A DNA stretch of 64,000 bases from Phoronis australis. Taxonomy: Eukaryota; Animalia; Phoronida. The DNA lies in the NCBI GenBank assembly GCA_002633005.1, contig NMRA01000383.1, forward strand, positions 342,316-406,315, in the 5' to 3' direction. The notes beneath the pieces are model-generated. The model saw only the letters and a program-made list of their open reading frames with translations, ran no database searches and was not told the DNA's origin. Made by a program: the position numbers and the translations under genes. Position 1 is the stretch's first letter; every line of letters starts with the position of its first letter. Positions 1 through 12,300 of this stretch are shown here, in pieces.

Positions 1-197
1 GTCTGTCTGGGAACTATAGTCATTGACAAGAAGAGGGAAACCCAGCCTACCATCTTCTCCCAGTCTGTGTACTTGTCAACACATCATACAGTAACTCGGC
101 CTACAAATTACTATGTCGGAGAAGAGGGGAAAACCCGACCTACATATTACTCACCATTTCTGAGAAGAGGGGAAACCCTGACCAACATATTACTCAC

Positions 198-368
198 CAT
201 GGCTGTCCAGCCAGTGCAGGAGGTCAATGCATGCGTCACCCTGTCCACAGACAGAGAACATACTTGGTTGAGAGATCTCATCAATACCTCTTCACAGAGA
301 TAGTTGACAGGTAATTGGGACCACAGTAGGCAGTTAGTAGTCAAAGGGTGAGTCTCAAGCAGTGTAAC
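198..368 (-). CDS. FIRRM: FIRRM coding exon 16 (VTLLETHPLTTNCLLWSQLPV...WTAM)
   Basis: tttcag acceptor, gtgagt donor, 171 nt. Confidence 0.85.
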
Positions 369-3300
369 CTGAAAGTAATGAACATACAAAGTGTTACAGG
401 GTGGGTCTCAAGCAGGATGTCTACAGAGTGGTGAGATCATCAAGGGTTACAGGGTGGGTCCCAAGATCTGGATGCAACTTGAGGTTAAACTTTAAAATTG
501 ACCAATTACAAGTTACAATTCGAGTAAACTAAATATCAAGCCATGTGATTGGTCAATTTGCGAGCCAAGACTGCAAACTTTAAAGTAATAGGTTTAGCAC
601 AGAAAGTAAGTTTCACACAATGGCCGTCAGGAGGATATCCTTTATGAATATCATTTTCACTTAAAGCACATTACTAAGTTATGGTGACATGGCTTCAAAG
701 TAAAAATATTTGAAAATCTAGAAAATTAAAGAAACAATAAACACAAAACCATACTTCACACGAAAGAAAACATTCCAGTGGATTAAGAACTGCTTACCAA
801 TACTTAAACAAACAGGAAATGCTCGGATATCTAGAGGATGTCTGAGGGATGGCACTGCACAGCTGACATAACGCGATCAGCTACCCTGTTAATCTTGTGA
901 CATTGGAGCGTTGTAAATTTTAGGCCGTTATAAACCAGCATTCCGTCGAAGAAAAAAATTTTTGATATAGACCAAACGTAATAATAAAATTCCTCTCTAT
1001 TTGATCCTTACTGAGACCAGAAATTACAGGGCTTGAATTGAAGAGAACGGAAAATTCATTATTCCTTGAGACCGCGTCTGGCATATAAAATGACACGCTA
1101 TGACAAGACAACTTGTAAAACCTAGTCTTAAGCAACATCAAACTGATAAAATCTCCAATTTGACTGAGGAACAACTTGAGACCAACTTCGAAACAGGAAG
1201 TGGTATATCAAAAGTTGTTTTTGTGGGCTGGTGAAAAGCTGCTTTCACACTCCCCAATTTAAATTTCACCGCATTCTTTCGCAAATTAAGACCACTCTGA
1301 TAGACCTCGCTGTATACAAGCAAAAAAACCATATTGTGTTGCTCAAGCGGGATACACAATAGAGGTTGGGACATATCAACAGCAGTTGCAATGTGCCTCT
1401 GTTGGAGTTATTAACTAATTTTTGTCCTTCAAACAAGGAAAAGTTTGATTTCCAATGACAGATTTAGTTTTTATAGTCAGCCATGTCTAATGTTGTAGAA
1501 AGAATATTCCCATGAACAGACAATAGTTATGACCAACACCCATCTCTGTTCCTCAATCCACAAACAAAAAGAAACTGATCATCAAAAAACAGGTGCTGAG
1601 GTAAGTGGTTCTTGTAATCTCAATTGCTAAGAGGCATTCATAGTAAGTTGTTGCTACTTGAGAAATAAAACAGAGTGCCTTATGAGACCTCATACACAAA
1701 ATACAGCACAAAACAAAATTAAGTGATTAAAGTTTCTTAACCTGTTGCTGCGGAGACAAGAATTTGATGAGCCTTCGTATAAGGATGACCAGGTGACTGG
1801 ACCAACGGTTCACAGCATCAGGCAAGCTTCTCAACAAGGAGCATAGGAAACAACAGTGGATCCAAACCATCTCAGCTGTACTATACCTGTAGGCAAGCAG
1901 AAATAGGGTGACTAGAGGAGCACAACATATAGCTGCTTAAGGCTATGTTTAAGTCCTCAGAAATGTCCTAATTCGGCTAATTTACGAACATCGCATCTCT
2001 GAAATGCGTGATCAGATTCATTAAGTACAAGTTCAAAGAAAACAGACAACCCGTTATTCCGCATCATGGCGGCCAAGCGCAAATGGAATTTTATGCCATG
2101 ACGGTGGACATTATTGACCGTCCTAGTAGCCATCTGTCTTGACGCGCAATACAAATTAGGTGGAAAAGTTATCTGCTATTCTTACAGTTTCGATCTAATC
2201 AATCATTAACGTCATTAAAAGAAATTAAGCAATGCGACACGTGCACACAAGTAATTCACTGTAATGGGTCACGTGCACACAAGTAATTCACTGTAATGGG
2301 TCACGTGCACACAAGTAATTCACTGTAATGGGTCACGTGCACACAAGTAATTCACTGTAATGGGTCACGTGCACACAAGTAATTCACTGTAATGCGACAC
2401 GTGCACACAAGTAATTCACTGTAATGGGTCACGTGCACACAAGTAATTCACTGTAATAGGTCACTCCTTACTACACTACTATACGTGAGTTGTCATTTTT
2501 ATCCAAAGTTGCCTTAGAATAAAACTATCTGATAAATGTACATGCACTTACAGTTTAAAAATGAATTTAGGCTGAATTTCGCATCGTTCCCAGTACTGAG
2601 GTACGTTCCATTGTTCATAACACTGTTCCATTGTTCATAACACTGTTCCATTGTTCATAACACTGTTACATAATTGTTCATAGCATTGTTCCATATTGTT
2701 CATAACATCAGCACAACGACCTAGACCAACAGCGTCATTTTTCAAGGTCCGAAACATTACCTCGTTTTATTTTCATGTGCTAGGAACAACGGCAATTTCA
2801 TGGTTTTATTGATCTCCGCGGGCTTTGCTTTTGACGTTTTACCTGGCCAGGAAGCACCACAAATCAACAGCAAGAATGAGCCGCAGGGGATGGAAGGATA
2901 GCACATTGTGTAGGAGACAGCATTCCTGCAAAAAATATGTAACGTCATAAGAGTTCAGCCACAGGGTAAAATGCGTCTTAACCAAAAGGAAATGAAAAGG
3001 TTAAAATTTGTTAAAAAACCATCGATGTATAATTAAAAGCAAGTATCATAACTTCTCACCCATTTAGGGCACAACAAGGCTGACAAGTGAAATTTAATTA
3101 TTATTGAAATATCAACCCCTATGGATTCTTAATGGGCCAGCCTGGAATGAATGCCGCCAAAACTGAAAATGTTTAGCAACAGGCTTACAATTTACAATCT
3201 AGTCACTGATTTTCAATTCGATAGAGTGCAAAGATATAGCTGACCATATTTTTGCTATGTCAGACCATGAAAGAGTGTGCATTTCCAAGGACAGACTGCA

Positions 3301-6300
3301 AATGTTTTAACTAAAAACAAATTGTTCAAAGTAAATAATGATCAATTGATAATCCAGGCTATTCATATATTAAGCATTTATGGGTAAATACAAGTTTTAT
3401 TAAGTTAGTGTGCATGACTCAAAGATGGCGTGTGGAATATGTTGATATGGTTACATTAAGCAGTAAGTGATATTATGGAGTACGCATACTGTTTCTGGAG
3501 TGATAGGCCAGCAAAGTGATATTATGGAGTACACATACTGTTTCTGGAGTGATAGGCCAGCAATGAAAGTGATATTATGGAGTATGCTTACTGTTTCTGG
3601 AGTGATAGGCCAGCAAAGTGATATTATGGAGTACACATACTGTTTCTGGAGTGATAGGCCAGCAAAGTGATATTATGGAGTATGCATACTGTTTCTGGAG
3701 TGATAGGCCAGAAAAGTCAAGGTACAATGTTATGAAACATCATTGCAGGGATATCAAATATCAATATGAGGCATCTATACAATCCAATTAAATGGAGTCT
3801 GAGGTGTTGAGAAACCAGATAAAGTTCAAAGGATAAATTCCCAGGTTACAGCATCAGATATACGTCCATCATATAAGAGATCAAAGTTCATCTTCCAAGT
3901 AATTAATGCTTTGTACACTATGAGCAAAAACAAATATACCAGTCAATGATGTCCTTCTACGTCAGTACAGGAAAACAAAGGATTAGTCCTAACATACAGC
4001 ATTCTTATTCTAATTTACACATTAAGTATTTTTGAAAATTAATTAAACTTGAGTGTGATCCCATGACTGGCTTCAAGTGATTGGTGGCAGCTTCATCCAC
4101 TACCATTCTGACATGCAACTTTCTCCTCAGTGAAGATTTAGTTGAGTTTTGATACACAATCAAACCAACACCAGGAAAACAGTCACTTACAAGGGTCCAG
4201 GATTTTGAGAAAACAGTCACTTACAAGGGTCCAGGATTTTGAGAAAACAGTCACAACGGTCCAGGATTTTGGGAAAACAGTCACTTACAAGGGTCCAGGA
4301 TTTTGGGAAAACAGTCACTTACAAGGGTCCAGGATTTTGGGAAAACAGTCACTTACAAGGGTCCAGGATTTTGAGAAAACGGTCACTTACAAGGGTCCAG
4401 GATTTTGAGAAAACGGTCACTTACAAGGGTCCAGGATTTTGAGAAAACAGTCACTTACAAGGGTCCAGGATTTTGAGAAAACAGTCACTTACAAGGGTCC
4501 AGGATTTTGAGAACCAGTCACCCGTGATTTAGAATGAAAACTGACTCTCAAAATGTGTAGTGACTGCTACTACCACCACAACTAATAGCTGCCAAACTAT
4601 CGTAAACGTTTTTCGATCAACCAGTAATGCTTTTGAATATTTATCTACACCTGTATATGATATCACAGCAGGGTCCAGGAGTCCACTATAGATAGTACTC
4701 TGCCCCAGTCATGAAGATGGTCACTAAACTAGCGTTACTCTTGAGTCTGTCACTGGCAGCCTCAATGCGACAGTCATGCATTCTAGAAACGGGCGACTGC
4801 TCATATAATTTGCAGCTGGCTCCACCTGGTGGCTGCAGTGGAATAGAAGAGACGCAGTACCGAGACATACTAGAGAGGCTGAATGCTTTAGAGGAGGGTC
4901 ACAATACCACACAGAGGGCAATTACCCAGAAGGCCTATGACAAACTGCTGGCGGAACTGGGGCGCATTAATGCGATGAACATCAAAAATAAAAAGCAAAT
5001 TGCAACACTAGAGGACGATCTCCGCAAGAAAGATGTCGAGCTGAAAAATGTGACTTCGGCAAAAAATGCACAGACCACGGCACTGGAGAAACAGAATAGA
5101 GACCTAAACAAAAATCTGATGAACTGCTTGTAGGGAGAAAAGAAACTGAAACAAGAAAACAATGCCTTGGTTAGGGCTGTCAAAAGTCTTGGTAAGAAAA
5201 TCTAAGGCAAACCTTTTCAAAGCTCTCCCTTAACGTATCTGTGTTACTTTACATTGCATTGGGCTATTGAGATAGGCCCAGCAGTTCTTTGGGTGACATA
5301 AAGGAACGTAGGGATGTCTGCCTTACCTAGAGAATAGATTTGTGTTTAAAGTGGAACTTTCGGGATAATTGCTTATTTTTGTGATTGCTTGGACAAATTA
5401 TTTAGAAAGATACCATATAGCGATTACGAAGTTGGTTGAAAATTGCCCAATGTTTTTAAGAACGAGTTTTGTGGCGATAATGATCCGCCGCAAATCACTG
5501 AACCGTTTCCAGTAAATTATCATGACGTGGCGCTGGGTAATAACACTGCATGATACGGACTATGTGAGCTCCTTAATGCAAAGATCAGTAAGGAAACAAT
5601 AGTCTTGATAGGAAGTGTTCTGTTCAACAAAGCTGCAGTAGATACTTATGAGATGTACCAAGGGACTACAATGTTTGCTTCAATTGAGTGACTGAATGGA
5701 TAGCCTCAGTTTCTAATTCCAAAGCAGTCAAAGCACAATTCAAGCAATTGTTTATCATCCCCAGAAATGTATAACAAATTTTTTGTGGCATTGAATCTAT
5801 GTCCAGTACTTTAATTGCGACCTGAACTTTGAAATATGCATTTTGATTTAATATGCTTCTAGCTCCAAAGACGTGTCGTGGATGGTGGGATGCGGGATAT
5901 CGCACCAAAGGCGATTACATCATCGACCCAGACGGGCCAAGCGTCGGAGTAGAACCCTATGTTGTCGAATGTTCTATGTTTGCGCACACCAAAAAAGTGG
6001 CCACCATTGTACACAGCAACTCGGAGCAGAGAACAGAAGTCACACAAAAATGCGAGCCGTCACTCTGCACCAAGCATGCCATTACGTACAATGCCACGAT
6101 GAGCCAAATGGTGGCACAATGCCTCCCCATACTGCCAGCAGTTCCTGAAGCACGAATGCCATGGGTCCATTGGCTTAGCCAGACATAGCCGCCATAAGGC
6201 TGCCTGGTATTCACGAGATGGAACCCAAATGAAATACTGGGGAGGCGCGGCGCCAGGGAGCGGGAAGTGCCAATGTGGCATGACAGATACATGCACAGGC

Positions 6301-9300
6301 AAGAACCTAGCGTGTAACTGTGAGGCCAACGACCTTATATGGCGCGAAGACTCGGGATATCTCACTGATAAGGCTAGCCTGCCTGTGACGCAACTGGCTT
6401 TTGGCGACTTGAAAGATGGTGTAGAAATGGCTTACTACTTAGTGGGACCACTGATATGTTATAACTGAGCAAGAATGGAACACACGTACGCACGCACGCA
6501 CACACACACTCAGGATTTACATGACTGATGGAGAAATCGTTCAGCAAACTTTGACTACGCGCACTGTTGGACAAAGGAACCTGTTTAAAAACACGTGTAA
6601 TGGAAAACACCACACCAACTCTGAACTTAAGGTTCAATGTATTTTTTGAATATTTTAATTTTGGATGACCAACAATGAAAATATGCACCGACTTTGAGAG
6701 AATTAACCACTATTTTATTCATCATATTTTGTTAAGAGGTAGCCGGGAACTATGATTTTCAAGCAGAATGGATGGCAAAACAACGCTCATCACCCACATA
6801 TTGTATGAAGTGATCTGAAGTATTCACTACATGCCCAAGAGGTCTAAATTAAAACGTTATTTTTAATCAAGTTCATTGTTCAATTGAAGTACTAATAATA
6901 GGACATACATGGACCAGGCTGAATCCCAATTTAAGTCAGTTTATAAATTTATTAAGCTTTATTAAATCAGTATTGAGTACCTTACAATGACTCTTTTATT
7001 TCTAGGTTATTTAATTCACCTGTTTTGATGGTCACGTTCAGCTATGTGACTGCACGCTCCAAATGTCCTGATTTTCTTTTCAAACGTCCTTGTTCAGTTA
7101 CAACCCAATGTCTTACATATGCAGTGGGGATTTCTGGACTTAGTGAGAACCCATCTAAGGAGCTGAACTTCAGCTCCCAAAACATAATGCAAGTCTCCCA
7201 ACATGGCCATGAAACATTAAACTCTTCGCATTCTGCAGACACGCACCCTCGAGCAGACTTCGTCCCAACAGGCTGAGTTCAATGATGGCAGCCGACTGCT
7301 CAAAGCCGGTTTATTACTTATGGCCATGCTGCTAAAAGTCACAAGAAGAGCCGTACCCGAGTGTTGTCAAATCAGATGCTGACTGGCAACGTCAGCTCTG
7401 GAGTTTGCGCCTTCTGCTGTCACGGAGATGGTCTGGGGAGGGGATTAATGCCCCAGCATATCCCTAATGATACTGTCCATGACAGGTGTTACAGGTAACA
7501 GCAGACATTTGTGAGTCTTGCATCAATCCCCAGAGCGTTACCCAAACTCATATGCTCAGGTTAACACCCACTTCTTGACTTCAATTGCTTTACGCTCATC
7601 CCTATACTTGACTTTCTCAAATCTAAATGCCCCGAGCGCTAACCCAGACAAATACGGTGGTTGGAATAACACAAAATCCTCACCATGGTTTTAAAGTAAA
7701 CAGATGGGCAGCTTGCGATGAAAGCACTCATGTCTGTACAGACTCTCTGGTAGAAGCGATGTCCAACACTCCCACTATCAAGACACACATGTCTATTACC
7801 TACAACGATAACATCGTCATAGTAACAGTATATGACAGAGAGCTGGCGATGTGTAGCGACTCTCTGGTACAAGAATATAACAGACAGTACAGTAAGGTTA
7901 CTACTATTCAAGCAGTGGCCTATTGTTGAGAATTCATTGGAAGATATTCAAAAACTTACAAAGACTAAAACTGTCAAAGGCGGAGTCGAACACAGTAGGA
8001 TACCCATCTGACCCAGACATCCACTGGCTCCACAGGTCAGACGACTGGTCTCCTAGCAACAACAGTATAGTCAGCAGGAGAAGACATCGTGGGCAGTCTT
8101 CCCAGTCATCTGAATGGCCTAAAGTAAAACCATAACACCTTCATTCAAGATTGGGTCACGGTTCATGACTTTGAAAATCAATCAACCATTCTTAGACAAT
8201 TAAGATATAAAGTTCAATGTAAACGGTGAGAATTCTTCAGTTTCGGACAATGAAAATTAACCATGTCATTCAAGTACACAGACTTTGCACCAAATCTTTG
8301 CAACAGGCAACACTGGCCATCCCAAATTCAATAATTAGGAACAACAAATGACCAGTCTCTTCCAAGTTATCGCACAAACAGGGTACATGAAAACGTGTCG
8401 GTAGCTGTTTTCAAAGAACTTACAAGACTTATTTGATTTAGGCCAGAACAGAATCAAGAAATTTTAAAATTAGTGCGTAAGTAAATAACGACATGTCTAT
8501 CCAATCCAACGTTTCGGTTTATTTCATTAAACCATTCTCAAGGAAACAGTTACAAACACAAAACAAGAGAGACAGGTAGAGAAGAGACTGTACAGGCACA
8601 CATCAAAATGCATTGTGAGGGGGAAAGACCAGAAATAAATCGTTGGACTGGATAGATATGTCGTTATTTACTTACACGCTAATTTTAAAGTTCGTGCTTA
8701 CAAGTCTTACAATCCGACTCAGTGGATACAAAACACAGAGTCTAGAAGCATGATGAATGTCAAAATCGACTGTGTCCCAATCTTCAGAAGGAATATAATT
8801 CAATTTAATTAGAATTTTGGTATTGATTCATTCGTTTTCAATTTTTATATTGAATGTCTACTTCCTGTCAGCAGGTTAAAACAAGCCGACAGGAACTGAG
8901 ACATTTAATGTGACATTTCCTTCTTATTCGCAGTCTCAACTTGAAAATTAAGAAGAATGCTAAATGAAGTTTCCTGAGTGTCCACCATCCAAAAGATCTG
9001 AGACCACTTCGCACTGACAAGAAGTGGTTGGATTGGTATGTCCACCAACACGGGCACATAATTAGTGAGATTCAGTGCTCCATATAGCATTTGGCCAATG
9101 CAACTTCAGATTGTGTTTGGTGACATGGAAAAACCCCAAATCGCCATGAAGTCGACAGAACAAATATCGAAGTCAGACAAAAATTCCCCCGAAAGTCATT
9201 TTAAAATTTATGGTAAATTCCAAAACTTCAAACAGTTTTTCTAGATTCAATACCTTTGGTTGACATTAGTTTAGTTTATTTTGTGAAATCAGTGCATTTG

Positions 9301-12300
9301 CCAACCTCAGCAGCCAGCACACATCAAATGCGCTAAAAATACAACAGAAAGCAAACGGAAAGAAATCGGAATCGTTTGGCAGAAAACCAAGCAAGATCAG
9401 ACCCATGAAATACACACCTCCAGTGTATCCGACCGTCTGCAATCTCTGTTGGCAGAAGAGATTGAACGATGCATAATTTTACAATGAGCAATGGAAAGAT
9501 TTCTGCGTATAGTTTTTGAGAACAGAGAATGGCACGTTTTTAAAATTGTTTTGTCGACAATTTCGACATCAGTTCTGGCGACCTAGGGTTTTCACTAAGT
9601 CGTATTTGGCACTATGGCTACTACTACAAAGGCACACACAGTCAAGTATTTCACAAGCAAGTCTTGTGCTTTGATTTTGTATTTGTCAGAAGTTTCATAT
9701 TGAAGTTCTAAAATAACGAGAAAGAACATAAAATTTTCAGTTGTCTACAGCTGTTCTGGGTGCATGGTGTCTCACGTTCGGCATTTTGGCACGTAACACA
9801 TTCTCAAAGAACTTTTGTCTCAATTTGATGCTGAAGACATGAGTGTGTAATTTCATTTTTAATACCCAAAGCACAACCTACCACTAGGGGTCAGCACCAG
9901 CCTCCTGAATGCCTCGTCGCCAATCAGGATGCCGACCAACAATTTGACTCCAGTCATGAGTTGTGATTCGATGGACTGAGTGTATTCGTTAGGTATAGAT
10001 GGCGCTGTCATACAGGGTCGTAAGTACCTTCAAAAGGAATATTAAGTTTGGATAGTACCAGCATAAGTGATTTAAAGTTGTGCATTTGACTGGCATTTTT
10101 TAGGATCAAAACACTAAGTGGAAAAGCATCACACAGCAAAATTGGTCTCCATTATTGTACCTTAACATGGATAAGAAGAAATTTTCAGAATTTGGGAAAA
10201 CGAGACAAATGACTGAACTTAAAGAGGCGTGGAACGAGAAAACTCTCGACATAAAATACTTTTTAAACAGATGGTGGAGAACCTACTGTACTTCTTGGGG
10301 ATGTTAACTTGAGAGATACTCATTGCAAGAATTTCTAGAAAAACTGTTATTCTCTGTTTTCTAAACACAAAGTAAAACTCTTTCATCCCAGTACTGTAAC
10401 AGTTTTCAGCTCTCCAACTCCGATAATACATGCACATGCGCTAAAAGAAATCAGACTAGCTGCAGCTTCAAATTGCCACTGTTTTGTTTACCTCTACTGC
10501 AACAGAGGGAAGCACGTGTATTAAATTACTACAACAGAAGGAAGCCCGTTTATCAAATTACTACAACACAGGGAAGCACGTGTATCAAATTACTACAACC
10601 AGGAAGAGATAACCAGGAAGGGACAACTAGCTAAACCCGCCGTTTTTGGCCTCCTTCCCNNNNNNNNNNNNNNNNNNNNNNNNNNNNNNNNNNNNNNNNN
10701 NNNNNNNNNNNNACTCAGTGGATACAAAACACAGAGTCTAGAAGCATGATGAATGTCAAAATCGACTGTGTCCCAATCTTCAGAAGGAATATAATTCAAT
10801 TTAATTAGAATTTTGGTATTGATTCATTCGTTTTCAATTTTTATATTGAATGTCTACTTCCTGTCAGCAGGTTAAAACAAGCCGACAGGAACTGAGACAT
10901 TTAATGTGACATTTCCTTCTTATTCGCAGTCTCAACTTGAAAATTAAGAAGAATGCTAAATGAAGTTTCCTGAGTGTCCACCATCCAAAAGATCTGTGAG
11001 ACCACTTCGCACTGACAAGAAGTGGTTGGATTGGTATGTCCACCAACACGGGCACATAATTAGTGAGATTCAGTGCTCCATATAGCATTTGGCCAATGCA
11101 ACTTCAGATTGTGTTTGGTGACATGGAAAAACCCCAAATCGCCATGAAGTCGACAGAACAAATATCGAAGTCAGACAAAAATTCCCCCGAAAGTCATTTT
11201 AAAATTTATGGTAAATTCCAAAATTTCAAACAGTTTTTCTAGATTCAATACCTTTGGTTGACATTAGTTTAGTTTATTTTGTGAAATCAGTGCATTTGCC
11301 AACCTCAGCAGCCAGCACACATCAAATGCACTAAAAATACAACAGAAAGCAAACAGAAAGAAATCGGAATCGTTTGGCAGAAAACCAAGCAAGATCAGAC
11401 CCATGAAATACACACCTCCAGTGTATCCGACCGTCTGCAATCTCTGTTGGCAGAAGAGATTGAACGCTGCATAATTTTACAATGAGCAATGGAAAGATTT
11501 CTGCGTATAGTTTTTGAGAACAGAGAATGGCACGTTTTTAAAATTGTTTTGTCGACAATTTCGACATCAGATCTGGCGACCTAGGGTTTTCACTAAGTCG
11601 TATTTGGCACTGTGGCTACTACTACAAAGGCACACACAGTCAAGTATTTCACAAGCAAGTCTTGTGCTTTGATTTTGTATTTGTCAGAAGTTTCATATTG
11701 AAGTTCAAAAATAACGAGAAAGAACATAAAATTTTCAGTTGTCTACAGCTGTTCTGGGTGCATGGTGTCTCACGTTCGGCATTTTGGCACATAACACATT
11801 CTTAAAGAACTTTTGTCTCAATTTGATGCTGAAGACAGGAGTGTGTAATTTCATTTATAATACCCAAAGCCCAACCTACCACTAGGGGTCAGCACCAGCC
11901 TCCTGAATGCCTCGTCGCCAATTAGGATACCGACTAACAATTTGACTCCAGTCATGAGTTGTGATTCGATGGACTTTGTGTATTCGTTAGGTATAGATGG
12001 CGCTGTCATACAGGGTCGTAAATACCTTCAAAAGGAATATTACGTTTGGATAGTACCAGCATAAGTGATTTAAAGTTGTGCATTTGACTGGCATTTCTTT
12101 AGGATCAAAACACTTAGTGGAAAAGCGTCACGCAGCAAAATTGGTCTCAATTATTGTACCTTAATGGGATAAGAAGTAATTTTCAAATTTGGGAAAACGA
12201 GACAAATGACTGAACTTAAAGAGGCATGGAACAAGAAAACTCTCGACGTAAAACACCTCTTAAACAGATGGTGGAGAACCTACTTCTTGAGAGTTACTCA

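Noticed and set aside
4142-4442. ORFs with repeated peptides (QGSRIL/TRVQDF)
   Set aside because: Translation of the 34-bp minisatellite.
2231-4521. Regular repeats resembling CRISPR arrays
   Set aside because: Units are directly adjacent with no unique spacers, no cas genes are present and the context is a eukaryotic intron; these are minisatellites.
5131-5133. Stop-codon readthrough at TAG
   Set aside because: A second lesion (frameshift near 6118) in the same gene makes pseudogenisation the simpler explanation.
5347-5576. TTAA-flanked Kolobok-like element
   Set aside because: Terminal inverted repeat match is too poor.
5666-5821. Minus-strand exon candidate (VAIKVLDIDS...)
   Set aside because: Ends in a stop, has no homology and is not needed for the FIRRM model.
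7840-7885. LYQRVATH-like echo of FIRRM exon 13 in the adjacent intron
   Set aside because: Only about 12 nt of identity and no separate splice sites; too weak to call a duplicated exon.
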